A stretch of 45,474 nucleotides of DNA, taken from positions 1 through 45,474 of the forward strand of contig JAEOSZ010000050.1 in the NCBI GenBank assembly GCA_016840095.1, read 5' to 3'. Below, one piece after another: positions 26,918-36,440 of this stretch. Below the pieces are notes generated by a model. The model ran no database searches, was not told the DNA's origin, and worked only from the letters and a program-made list of their open reading frames with translations. Each line of letters begins with the position of its first letter. Within the stretch, counting starts at the first letter, position 1. Made by a program: the position numbers and the translations under genes. The DNA is from Candidatus Heimdallarchaeota archaeon (GTDB lineage: Archaea; Asgardarchaeota; Heimdallarchaeia; Heimdallarchaeales; Heimdallarchaeaceae).

Positions 26918-27787
26918 TTAGGGACTTGGTGATAAAGAAACCACAATAGTTCCTATTCCTAGGTGAGTTGCTAGGGCTGGTGTCAAATAGTTAATGATTT
27001 TTTCTCCTAAAGATAATTTAGATTCCAATTTCTTCATTATATTTTCAGCTGCTTCAAAATCATCACCATGAGTTATCATTAGATCGTATTGTTTATCTTT
27101 CTTAATTCTTGAAAGAATTTCCTTAATGACTCTATGCTGAGCTTTTTCTTTGCCCTTAGCTTTATCTACAGCTTCTAAAATGCCATCTTTTATTTCTATG
27201 ATTGGTTTTGCTTTTAAGAGATTACCAACGAAGAATCGTAAATGAGAAATTCTTCCTGATTTTTTCAAATTGTCGAGATTTTCAACATAACCTACAAGAA
27301 CAGACTCATCTCTGATTTCTTCTGCTCTTTTAACAATTTCATCTTCTGGGACACCTCTTTTTGCTAATTTCGCAATGGCTAATGTAACAAAAGTTAAGAC
27401 TCCTGAACCAAATTTAGAATCGATTAGATGTATCTTCTTATCCTTAATTCTTTTTGCAACGATTCTTGCCGACTGATAAGTTGCTGATAATTTAGATGAT
27501 AATGTTGTTATGAATACAGTAGTGTAATTCTTCATAGCTTCATTAATTCTATCTAGAAAATCTTTGGGACTTGGAGCTGATGTTGTGGGTAATTCATCAA
27601 AATCTCTTAGCATTGTATAATAATCTTCAACTTTTAGATCAATTCCATCTGCATAAGTCTTATCCTCATGCTGTATGTAAACTGGAACTATATCTATATC
27701 ATATTTCTTTGCAAGTTCTTCAGGTAAATCTGAAGTGCTATCTACAATTATTTTAACTTTTTTTGTTTCCAATTTATTCATATCCAA
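26918..27787 (-). CDS. DegV/FakB family fatty-acid-binding protein
   Basis: IIVDSTSDLP, PTTSAPSP, LSSKLSATYQSA, IDSK, LKKSGRI, KPII, ATHLGIG. Confidence 0.93.
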   Translation of the reverse strand: MDMNKLETKKVKIIVDSTSDLPEELAKKYDIDIVPVYIQHEDKTYADGIDLKVEDYYTMLRDFDELPTTSAPSPKDFLDRINEAMKNYTTVFITTLSSKLSATYQSARIVAKRIKDKKIHLIDSKFGSGVLTFVTLAIAKLAKRGVPEDEIVKRAEEIRDESVLVGYVENLDNLKKSGRISHLRFFVGNLLKAKPIIEIKDGILEAVDKAKGKEKAQHRVIKEILSRIKKDKQYDLMITHGDDFEAAENIMKKLESKLSLGEKIINYLTPALATHLGIGTIVVSLSPSP

Positions 27788-27925
27788 TAGCTTTGTTCAA
27801 CGTATTATATAATAGACACAAATAGGCTTTATTGATGAAGAATCTTCATTCAGAAGTATATAAATTATTTCTTCATACATTCTCATATAATAAAATTGAA
27901 GAGAGGTAAGAATTATTTCTTTATG

Positions 27926-28834
27926 CTATCTTCTTGATTTTCTAATAGCTCTTTCTTCTTCTTTGGCACGTCTCTTAGCTCGTTTTTCTTCTTCGGCTCT
28001 TGCTTTTTCTCTTCGTTTTTCTCTTTCTTTCATTTGCTTTTCTTTTTCTTTCTCTTGCTTCTGTTTCTCCTTTTCAGACAGTTTCTTTACTTCCTTCTTA
28101 ATTACAGTTGGAATTGGTAAATCTTTAGTCTGAGTAGTAACTTTGGCAAAATACTTCAGAACAGTCATTGCAAATTTAGTAAGAACTAAAAGATCAGCAG
28201 GTTTCTTAGTCATGTTAAATTTGAGTTCGAAATGAGGTTCGTCTGTACGAACAGAGATCCATTGAAGTTCTTTTGGATACTCCCCTAAAGCCTTAATAAA
28301 GGACTTACTTCTAACAAGTTGATTAATAGCTCTACCTCTATTAGATTTAATTAGAAATGATTCATTCACTGTTTGATCAGGGCAGATAAGATCATCAATC
28401 TCAACAAGATAATCAAAATCTTTTCTAATTGCAGATTTCATCTTATAAGGTATTACTTCAAATAGTACTCGAGGTTTATGTGGAAAGTTTGCAGCTAAAC
28501 CAAAGGAATCTTTGTTTCTAAAGAACAAACCATCAACAAGCATAGTTGGAAATGATGTTCTTGGTAATAATATAATCCAAGCAGAAGCACTTGTAACTGA
28601 ATATTCTTCTGTCATTTGGCATCGAATTTCTATTTGACGATCATTTGGATCTTTTCTAGAATAATTCATAATATACGGATCAATTGCTGTTAGAACTTCA
28701 TCAATGTAGAATTCCTTCTTCTTCTTATTTGCGAATTTTCCCCAAATGTAGAATCCAACATAAAGGCCTATGAAAACAAGTACAGGTCCGAGCATTGCTA
28801 GAATTGATCCAAAGTTGAATAGTTCGCCAGCCAT
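27926..28834 (-). CDS. CCDC47 (PAT complex subunit / DUF1682)-like membrane protein
   Basis: Single N-terminal TM ending YIWGKFANKK (cf. recalled CCDC47 YIIGKNKN), an alpha/beta domain, and a highly charged K/E/R coiled-coil tail. Confidence 0.6.
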   Translation of the reverse strand: MAGELFNFGSILAMLGPVLVFIGLYVGFYIWGKFANKKKKEFYIDEVLTAIDPYIMNYSRKDPNDRQIEIRCQMTEEYSVTSASAWIILLPRTSFPTMLVDGLFFRNKDSFGLAANFPHKPRVLFEVIPYKMKSAIRKDFDYLVEIDDLICPDQTVNESFLIKSNRGRAINQLVRSKSFIKALGEYPKELQWISVRTDEPHFELKFNMTKKPADLLVLTKFAMTVLKYFAKVTTQTKDLPIPTVIKKEVKKLSEKEKQKQEKEKEKQMKEREKRREKARAEEEKRAKRRAKEEERAIRKSRR

Positions 28835-28895
28835 AATAATTACCAGTATATTCTAACTCTTCAGAGAATAACACCTATTTTAATTCTTGGTTTTG

Positions 28896-29459
28896 TTATA
28901 TCTTCATTTGGTCGCTCTTTTGTCTAATAATAATCCTACCTAAATCAGTAAAAGCTTCATTAACATTTATACCTGTTAATGCACAAGTAGAGTAGAAGTC
29001 AATCAAATCTATTTTTGAAAATTTATCACTAAATTCTTTCACAAAAGCTATAGCTTGGTCATTCCAGAGATTATTCTGTTCTTCTTCCATCAAATCTTCT
29101 TTATTCCCTAATACTAAAATTGGAATTCGTTCTTTTATTGAAGAATTGAGTTCCCTTAACCATTTTTCTAAATTTGCAAAAGTTTCAGGACGACTTTTAT
29201 CAAAAACTAATAGTCCTCCTTCAGAACCTACATACTGTTTTTTTCGAAGTTTAGCATATTCCTTCTGCCCTCCAAGATCCCATATTTGAAACATAATTTC
29301 AATATCTTCATCTATATGCTTATGAGAAGCTAAATCAACTCCAAGAGTACTCATATAAACTTCATCGAGATGTAATCCCATAAAACTCCGTTTTAATGTA
29401 GTTTTTCCGGTCGCATAATCGCCTAATAATACAATTTTGACGGTTCCGTAAACAGACAT
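28896..29459 (-). CDS. Rab/Ras-like small GTPase
   Basis: G1 GDYATGKT, G2 YMSTLG, G3 WDLGGQ, G4 NKED, G5 TCAL. No C-terminal prenylation cysteine. Confidence 0.93.
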   Translation of the reverse strand: MSVYGTVKIVLLGDYATGKTTLKRSFMGLHLDEVYMSTLGVDLASHKHIDEDIEIMFQIWDLGGQKEYAKLRKKQYVGSEGGLLVFDKSRPETFANLEKWLRELNSSIKERIPILVLGNKEDLMEEEQNNLWNDQAIAFVKEFSDKFSKIDLIDFYSTCALTGINVNEAFTDLGRIIIRQKSDQMKI

Positions 29460-29537
29460 AGCATTACTAACCTAATATCTTAAGTTTATTAGGTTTTCTA
29501 ATATTTTGATTATTTATAAAGAATCCATATCAACATT

Positions 29538-29549
29538 GAAAAGTTTAAC
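29538..29549 (+). promoter_or_regulatory. BRE + TATA-like element upstream of purA
   Basis: gaaaagtttaac lies about 27-38 nt upstream of ATG 29576, and there is no obvious SD. Confidence 0.4.
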
Positions 29550-29575
29550 AATAGGTAGAACATTAATAACGCTGT

Positions 29576-30586
29576 ATGCCATTTACTGTAGTTTGCGGAG
29601 GATTTTGGGGAGACGAAGGCAAGGGAAAAGTACTATCCTATTTAGCATTAAAAGATGATCCTTCAATAGTTGTTAGAGCTGGAGTTGGAACTAATGCAGG
29701 ACATACTATTGAATTCGAAAATAGAGAGTATAAACTTCGAATGATTCCTTCAGGTTTTGTGAACCCCAAAGTAAGAATGCTCATTGGTGCAGGAGTATTA
29801 GTTGACCCCAATGTTTTGTTTAAGGAGCTTAAAGAAACTAATACTTTAGAAAGAACAGGTGTTGATTATCAGTGTGGAATAATCGAACAAAAGCATATAG
29901 AAATGGATTCTACTAATGCTCATTTGAAGGGAAAGATTGGCTCAACTGGTAGTGGAACAGGTCCGGCAAACATGGACAGAGCAATGAGGTCTCTGAAACT
30001 TGCTAAAGAAATTCCTGAATTACAACCTTACTTAACAGATGTTAGTTTTGAAATCAATGAATCCTTGGATCAAGGAAATAATGTTATAGCTGAAGGGAGT
30101 CAAGCTATTCTACTATCACTCTTTCATGGATCATACCCTTATGTAACTTCAAAAGATACCTCTGCAGCTGCTATTTGTTCAGATGTAGGTGTTGGACCTA
30201 CAAGAGTTGATGATGTAATGGTTGTTATGAAAGCATTCCTTACTAGAGTAGGAACTGGAGAACTTCCAGGAGAGTTATCTGAAGAAGAAACTAAGAAACG
30301 TGGATGGACTGAATATGGTGCAGTTACTGGAAGACTACGAAGAGCTGCACCTTTCAATTATGAGTTGGCTAAGAAATCTGTTAGACTTAATGGAGCAACT
30401 CAAATTGCATTAACTAAGTTAGATATAGTCTTTCCAGAAATAGCTAAATCAAGTAATTCTGATGCCATCAAAGCTGAAGTTGCTGAATTCATTGATCAAA
30501 TTGAAGAGACTACTAAAGTCAAAGTGACAATTATTGGAACTGGACCTGGAGCAGAGGATATCATCGACTTGAGAGAATTGACCTAA
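29576..30586 (+). CDS. purA: Adenylosuccinate synthetase (short archaeal type)
   Basis: WGDEGKGK, NAGHT, IGSTGSGTGP, EGSQ, YPYVTS, TRVG, TKLD. 336 aa. Confidence 0.97.
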   Translation: MPFTVVCGGFWGDEGKGKVLSYLALKDDPSIVVRAGVGTNAGHTIEFENREYKLRMIPSGFVNPKVRMLIGAGVLVDPNVLFKELKETNTLERTGVDYQCGIIEQKHIEMDSTNAHLKGKIGSTGSGTGPANMDRAMRSLKLAKEIPELQPYLTDVSFEINESLDQGNNVIAEGSQAILLSLFHGSYPYVTSKDTSAAAICSDVGVGPTRVDDVMVVMKAFLTRVGTGELPGELSEEETKKRGWTEYGAVTGRLRRAAPFNYELAKKSVRLNGATQIALTKLDIVFPEIAKSSNSDAIKAEVAEFIDQIEETTKVKVTIIGTGPGAEDIIDLRELT

Positions 30587-30612
30587 AATCTTTGACATAA
30601 GGTTTATATTGG

Positions 30613-31521
30613 ATGAATTCAGTTTTTAAATCGAACAAAAGAATGAGTAAGTTATCCTCCAAATTCCATCCTGATTATCAAGATGAATTTTTCCTTAATC
30701 TGGATAAAATTTTAGTTCCTATTGGAGGGAAGAAGTTTGAGTGTACAGGTTTAGAATTAGCATTCTACATCTCACATGAATATGGGTCAAAACTAGATTT
30801 ATTACATATAGGTACAGATCCTGGTACTAACATTGATGGTTATCTCAAGAAGCTTCACAAGTTTGAGATTGAATACAATCTAGTAACGATAAAAAAACCT
30901 AACGTACCTAAGGCTATTATCGAATATTGGCAAGAACATAAACATGATCTTGTTATAATGTCAGGAAAAAGACGTCCTACTATTTTTGACAAAATGACAA
31001 TTCCAAGTATTTCCAGCTCAGTCATTCCTCACATTAATACAGAAGTTCTTCAGATCTTTCCACCAACAATGCAAAAAGTATCTGACAAACTCAAGAATAT
31101 TGCTGTATTACTTCCTTATTCGAAAAGAGATCCTTTTTTGCTTAGATGGGCTTCAGCTATTGCAGCTCCTCAGAAAGGAGCAAGAGTGAAAGTTTATCAT
31201 ATAGCTCAAGTTCCTGGAACGGTTCCATTAAGTGGTGCAGCTCAAGAAAAGGTGATTAGAAAAGAGAAGAGTAATTTTAAGAAATATATTGAAGAATATG
31301 AGCAAATTTTTGGACAATTAATCAAGCCTAGTTTCATTTTAGGCCATGGAGTTTTACCTGCCTTGAAATCAATTTTCAAGAAAGATGAACCAGATTTAGT
31401 TATTATTGGTAAATCAAGAGAGAGTAATTTTTGGCAAAAACTAAGTAAACCTCTATCAAGTAAAATAAGGGACAAGCTCCTACATCCAGGTGTATGTATT
31501 CACCACATGCTTGAAGAATAG
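30613..31521 (+). CDS. Tandem universal stress protein (USP) domain protein
   Basis: DKILVP...DLVIMSG and KNIAVLL...DLVIIG define two USP folds. Confidence 0.8.
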   Translation: MNSVFKSNKRMSKLSSKFHPDYQDEFFLNLDKILVPIGGKKFECTGLELAFYISHEYGSKLDLLHIGTDPGTNIDGYLKKLHKFEIEYNLVTIKKPNVPKAIIEYWQEHKHDLVIMSGKRRPTIFDKMTIPSISSSVIPHINTEVLQIFPPTMQKVSDKLKNIAVLLPYSKRDPFLLRWASAIAAPQKGARVKVYHIAQVPGTVPLSGAAQEKVIRKEKSNFKKYIEEYEQIFGQLIKPSFILGHGVLPALKSIFKKDEPDLVIIGKSRESNFWQKLSKPLSSKIRDKLLHPGVCIHHMLEE

Positions 31522-31533
31522 GAGTGAATATCT

Positions 31534-32463
31534 TTGAAATCCTGTAATTTTGATGGTTGTCAAGAAAAAGATTCTCTTCCTTTTAAGTGCAAACTCTGTG
31601 ATCAAACATATTGTGCCAAGCACAGATTACCAGAACAACATGATTGTTTACGTATTGGAATTTATCAGACCGATGAATACAGATTAGCAAAAAAAGCTAA
31701 GACAAGAGAGAAGGCACAGAAACCAATTTACTATGGAGAAAAGATTTACGGTCCTTCAGATATTGATAAGAATTCAATGTATATTGCTCCAGAAAACAGA
31801 TTCTTACTTAGATCTTCAATGTATTCGATCTACTCTTTTCGTAAAGATATTATAAATATTGCATTAATAACATTGTATATCATATCAATTATTTTCTTAA
31901 GAAATCTCTCTGTTAATGCTCTTTGGAATAGACCTTATTTTGCTACATTGCTACCTCTCTATGGCTATTTTGCTGCATGTAGTTCAGTTGCTGTAATTTT
32001 AGTATTCGGTGGCCATATGCTTATAGAGAACTATGTTGGTCGAAGATACAAAGTAAGAACTAAACATGTAATCTGGTTGCAAGGATTATTAATAGGACTG
32101 GTTGCACTAATTTTTCCCTTCTTTATACTTCCAGGAAATCTAGTATTTACAGATTCTAGTTCAACAGGAGAACAGCGAGGGAGAATAGCATTAAGTGGAA
32201 TAATCTGGATGTTCTTTTGGAGAATCTCTGCATTAATAATCTCTATTCTTCTTTATACAAATGTAATAGTTACAAGTATTTCTGTCATTTTAATTGTTAA
32301 TGCTGCATTTTCTTTGTTTAGCTTTTATCTAGTTTCAACTCTTATTCCAATAGGAATGAGTCATGGAGTTTATATCTCTGCATGGAAAAGAAGATTGAAC
32401 ATATATCTATTGATATTTGCTGCCATTTTGCTAATCATAGATCTTGTTCTTCCTTTTGCTTAA
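31534..32463 (+). CDS. AN1-type zinc finger fused to a degenerate peptidase M50-like membrane domain
   Basis: C-x4-C...LPFKCKLCDQTYCAKHRLPEQHDC. Membrane part has GRIALSG and TLIPIGMSHG but lacks HExxH (reads HMLIE). Confidence 0.75.
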   Translation: MKSCNFDGCQEKDSLPFKCKLCDQTYCAKHRLPEQHDCLRIGIYQTDEYRLAKKAKTREKAQKPIYYGEKIYGPSDIDKNSMYIAPENRFLLRSSMYSIYSFRKDIINIALITLYIISIIFLRNLSVNALWNRPYFATLLPLYGYFAACSSVAVILVFGGHMLIENYVGRRYKVRTKHVIWLQGLLIGLVALIFPFFILPGNLVFTDSSSTGEQRGRIALSGIIWMFFWRISALIISILLYTNVIVTSISVILIVNAAFSLFSFYLVSTLIPIGMSHGVYISAWKRRLNIYLLIFAAILLIIDLVLPFA

Positions 32464-32563
32464 TGATTATCAATCTCGTAAATATGAAAAAAAACTATAT
32501 AATAGAATACCCAAAGATTATTAAATTTCTTTAAAAAAAAATCTACATTCAGCTGGGGTACAA

Positions 32564-33856
32564 ATGGCAGACGACCAAACCACTGACAATAACGATGTAA
32601 AAGTCGAATTATCTAGAGAACTCGGTTTAAAAGAGGCTTTAGGCATTGCAGTAGGTGCGCTCATCGGTGGTGGTGTTTTTAGTGTTCTTGGAATTGTTAT
32701 TCATAATACAGGTCCTATGGCATTCTTGTCATTTATTCTTGCTGGTGTAGTAAGTACCTTTACAGCTTATAGTTATGTAAACTTAGCTTTGAAATACCCA
32801 AAAGCAGGAGGGGCTTTTATCTATGCTCAAGAAGCTTTCAAAAAGAAATGGTTTTCAGGTTTCTTAGGAATTATCTTATGGTTTGGATATACTTTTTCTG
32901 TTAGTCTTTATGCAATGACTTTTGGTAGATATTTGGGTGAGGTTTTACCTATTTTTGGAGATCAAATTCTCTGGGAGTTTCATCCTCTTTTTGGTGGAGC
33001 AGGATATACTGTAACTCCCTCAGCACTTGTTTATCAATTAATTAGTATTCTATTGTTTATTGGACTAAATATGTTGGGTGTAAAAGAATCCAGTAGAGCA
33101 CAGAACATAATGGTTTTGCTGAAGGTTTCTATCCTTATCTTTTATGTCATAACAGGAATTTTTGCTGCCCAAAAGGCAAACTTTGCTTTATCAGGAAGTT
33201 TTGGTCAAACCATATTACCTGTGATTACGAGTTCTGTACTTATTTTTGTTTCAATGGAGGGATTTGAGATACTTTCCAATTCTGTTGAAGAGATGAAAAA
33301 TCCTGAAAGGGATCTACCTATAGGTATGTATCTTTCAATCATCATTGTTCTAATTCTCTATGTATCTGTAGCTGTTGTTACTGTTGGTATTTTGGGATCT
33401 GATGTAGGGGAGATGGGAGAAGTTATTCTATCTCATTCTGCTCGACAGTCTTTTCTGAAAGAAACAGGAGCTATTATTATGGCAATAGCAGCTATCATAT
33501 CAGCAGCTTCTGCAATAAATGCTACTTTATTAGGATCTTCTAGATTATCCTACATGCTTTCACATGAGCGTATAATTCCAAAGGGAATAGCAAAAATCAA
33601 CCCTAAAACGAGAGTTCCTATGAGAGCAATAATTATTTCAGGAATTTTAAGTATGATATTTGTTCTTCTATTTAGCCTGGAAGTCGTAGCAATGGCAGCA
33701 AGTGTTATTTTCATGGTTATCTTCGGGGCTGTAAATTCATCCGGGATTAAACTTCTGGAGGGGAAGAAAAAAATTGTAAGTGGAATTGGTGTATTCCTAA
33801 TTTTGTGTTATTGGATAATTTGGATTATAACATTAATTAATCCAAATCTGGTTTAG
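32564..33856 (+). CDS. APC-family amino acid permease
   Basis: LSRELGL...GALIGGGVF, YPKAGGAFIY, EGFE...EEMKNPERDLP, SSRLSY. About 12 TM helices. Confidence 0.93.
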   Translation: MADDQTTDNNDVKVELSRELGLKEALGIAVGALIGGGVFSVLGIVIHNTGPMAFLSFILAGVVSTFTAYSYVNLALKYPKAGGAFIYAQEAFKKKWFSGFLGIILWFGYTFSVSLYAMTFGRYLGEVLPIFGDQILWEFHPLFGGAGYTVTPSALVYQLISILLFIGLNMLGVKESSRAQNIMVLLKVSILIFYVITGIFAAQKANFALSGSFGQTILPVITSSVLIFVSMEGFEILSNSVEEMKNPERDLPIGMYLSIIIVLILYVSVAVVTVGILGSDVGEMGEVILSHSARQSFLKETGAIIMAIAAIISAASAINATLLGSSRLSYMLSHERIIPKGIAKINPKTRVPMRAIIISGILSMIFVLLFSLEVVAMAASVIFMVIFGAVNSSGIKLLEGKKKIVSGIGVFLILCYWIIWIITLINPNLV

Positions 33857-33865
33857 TCTCTCTTT

Positions 33866-35146
33866 CTATTTCTTTTTTTTCTTGTAAATTGCTAAACCAA
33901 TTGATGTAATAATTGGTAAAATTACTAGAACTGAAATGGTTGTGAACTCATTTATCACTAATGGAAAATCATTGTAATAATCAGTCATAATCTCAAAAAC
34001 ATCAATATTGTTTATTAAAGTATTATTTTCCATATCTGAGAAGAAATCTCCATATCCGAAAAAGGGAATATCTACAGATGTGTGATAGTCATCACTCCAT
34101 GTAGCGGTAATATTGCTTGCTCGAGCAATTCTTAGAGCTCTTTTCTCACTTTCAGTTATTCTTTCTGCAGGAAGAGTTTCATTCAGTGTGTTACCTGTTA
34201 GAGTTAATCCTCCAGTTTCATGATCAGCTGTAACTATCACAATTGTATCTGAATCATTTTTAGCATAGTCAAGAGCATAGTTGACTGCTTCAAAAAATGC
34301 TATCGCTTCTAGCGCTGTATTAGTTAAAGCCCAATCGTGTGATTCTAAATCAATTTGTCCAGCTTCTATCATTAGGAAAAAACCATCTGGATCATTATCC
34401 AAAGCATCTATTGCTTTAGAAGTCATCTCAGCTATTGATGGAGTTTGTAAATAGTCCCTATCAATTTCTAAGTCCATATATCCTGGAGCGAACAAACCAA
34501 AAATCTTGTTTGAGCTATCAGCAACTAGTTCATTTCTATTGTATAAAACTGAATAACCATTGGATTCTATTGTAGTTATCTGACCACTAGTAAAGTAACT
34601 GCTTCCACCTCCCATAAGAACATCAACACCTGAATCTATCACTTGACTTTCTATTATATCATAATCATATCTGTTTTCCACATGAGCATAGAAACTAGCT
34701 GGAGTGGCGTGTGTAACTCCAACAGTACTGATTAAACCGGTTGATTTACCGAAACTTTTAGCTATATCTACAATATTTTCTAGTGGGTTAAGATCTGGAT
34801 CTAATCCCACATATCCATTGTTTGTTTTTGTTCCCGAAGCTATTGCTGTTGCAGCTGCTGCAGAATCAGTCACAATATTGTCAGCACTATAAGTAGTAAC
34901 ATTAGCTGTAACTGTTAAATTCTGTGCTTCAATAACACCATCTATTCCCATTTCAACCCATTGAGCCAGTTTAACATGTTCATAGCCCATTCCATCACCG
35001 ATGAACAAAATGATATTCTTCACAGGTTCAGCTGATATACTCTCTGCAGTTGTTGGTATAGACAATATAGGAGTTATCAATAAAACAGACACAAAAGATA
35101 GTACAACGAAGATAGTCTTTGATTTTTTGAGAACATTTGAAAACAT
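33866..35146 (-). CDS. phoA: Alkaline phosphatase, secreted and C-terminally anchored
   Basis: KNIILFIGDGMG, TDSAAAAT (catalytic Ser), THATPA, EAGQID..H, TADHETGG. Signal peptide and C-terminal TM + KKKK. Confidence 0.93.
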   Translation of the reverse strand: MFSNVLKKSKTIFVVLSFVSVLLITPILSIPTTAESISAEPVKNIILFIGDGMGYEHVKLAQWVEMGIDGVIEAQNLTVTANVTTYSADNIVTDSAAAATAIASGTKTNNGYVGLDPDLNPLENIVDIAKSFGKSTGLISTVGVTHATPASFYAHVENRYDYDIIESQVIDSGVDVLMGGGSSYFTSGQITTIESNGYSVLYNRNELVADSSNKIFGLFAPGYMDLEIDRDYLQTPSIAEMTSKAIDALDNDPDGFFLMIEAGQIDLESHDWALTNTALEAIAFFEAVNYALDYAKNDSDTIVIVTADHETGGLTLTGNTLNETLPAERITESEKRALRIARASNITATWSDDYHTSVDIPFFGYGDFFSDMENNTLINNIDVFEIMTDYYNDFPLVINEFTTISVLVILPIITSIGLAIYKKKKK

Positions 35147-35217
35147 TATCCACCAACACAGACTTTTACTTAAAAAGTATACTCTACAACCAAAACAACA
35201 TTTCTATGAGCATGATT

Positions 35218-35224
35218 TTTATAT
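35218..35224 (+). promoter_or_regulatory. TATA box, probably leaderless dinB-like transcript
   Basis: tttatat begins 28 nt upstream of ATG 35246, and there is no SD. Confidence 0.45.
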
Positions 35225-35245
35225 GAAAATATTTTCTCTTACATA

Positions 35246-35761
35246 ATGTACAGATTAATTGATTTATTCAATACAACTCAAAGAGAAAGAAATAACTTCT
35301 TTATTCTCTTTGAACAACTTCCAGAAGACATATGGTATGGCAAGCTTGAAGAAGAACTATGGTCCCCAGAAAACACTTTCAGACACTTACTTTCTTCTAT
35401 CACTTGGTTGAAGAATTACTTCCCTGATTTTGATATTGAAGAAAGTCCTTATGCACTCAAATATGGTACAAAACCTGAAGGGAAAGTTCCTCTTGAGGAG
35501 ATGAAAAAGGAATTTGATAGAATAACTTCTGGGTTGAAAAAGGAAATAGAAAAACTTACACCAGAGCAAGAAGATGAGGAAATTGATACTGGATATGGTA
35601 TTAATACAAGAGCTAAACTAATAGCTGGTATGTTATTACATGATCATTCTCATTTTGGCCAAATTACATCTACAATTAAGAGAGTGGGAAATTATACAGA
35701 TCAAGATTTACGTGAAAAGCTGTTTGATGCTTTAAAGAAACAGAAGAAAAAAGAGGAATAA
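35246..35761 (+). CDS. DinB/YfiT family protein
   Basis: WSPENTFRHL...HDHSHFGQI His triad pattern on a four-helix bundle. Confidence 0.85.
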   Translation: MYRLIDLFNTTQRERNNFFILFEQLPEDIWYGKLEEELWSPENTFRHLLSSITWLKNYFPDFDIEESPYALKYGTKPEGKVPLEEMKKEFDRITSGLKKEIEKLTPEQEDEEIDTGYGINTRAKLIAGMLLHDHSHFGQITSTIKRVGNYTDQDLREKLFDALKKQKKKEE

Positions 35762-35763
35762 TA

Positions 35764-36027
35764 ATGTCTGAAGAGAAAAAAACAATAATTGAGATTGTAG
35801 ATATTCTAGAAGCTGGTCATTGTCCCTATGGACATGAAATAGGGGACAAATTCGAATATCCTGAAGAAAGAGGAAAGATATGTGCTGCAGCATTTAATTC
35901 CATCTATCCTTATGCTCTAGGAATCAATATTGGTGCAAGTTTCCCTTGGGAAGAAGATCCAGAATCAGTAACAATTTGTTGTCCTGATTACAAGAATCCA
36001 GTAGTATTCAAGATATCAAGAGAGTAA
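35764..36027 (+). CDS. TIGR04076 family small Cys-containing protein
   Basis: GHCPYGHEIGDKF, ICAAAFNSIYP, CCPDYKNPVVFKI. Confidence 0.85.
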   Translation: MSEEKKTIIEIVDILEAGHCPYGHEIGDKFEYPEERGKICAAAFNSIYPYALGINIGASFPWEEDPESVTICCPDYKNPVVFKISRE

Positions 36028-36032
36028 GGATT

Positions 36033-36371
36033 TCAAATTGAAACCAACTCATATCCTTTACTTACCCATTTCTCTAGTGGAGTGTGTCCATACAAATCGT
36101 CATGGACTGGGAGATTCTGTCTTTCTGCAGATTCTAAAGCTCCCATAGATTTCGCACAAACCTTACAAACCGAAGCGATTAAATTCAACTCTTTTATCTT
36201 TTCGAATTTGTCATTTTTATTTTCTTCATAGTCAGAAACGAGTTTGCAACCTTCGCTCTCAAAAACTATCCCTACTTCGTATCCTTTTTCTTTGAAATCA
36301 AGCACATTCATCATCACATGAGTAAAGATTCCTTTGTTTGCTGTCCATATCACAAAAAGTATTTTCCTCAA
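36033..36371 (-). CDS. DsrE-like family protein
   Basis: HVMMNVLD...VGIVFESEG...VCKVCAKSMG...GH...GYELV. Confidence 0.75.
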   Translation of the reverse strand: MRKILFVIWTANKGIFTHVMMNVLDFKEKGYEVGIVFESEGCKLVSDYEENKNDKFEKIKELNLIASVCKVCAKSMGALESAERQNLPVHDDLYGHTPLEKWVSKGYELVSI

Positions 36372-36440
36372 TCAATCACCTTGATAGATTCTCAATTGAA
36401 GTATAAATTAATTTCTAAAAAAATAGAAGAAGATAAGAGA

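Noticed and set aside
27926-28100. Pyrimidine-rich low-complexity tract on the + strand as a DNA repeat
   Set aside because: It is explained by Lys/Glu/Arg codons of the coiled-coil tail on the - strand.
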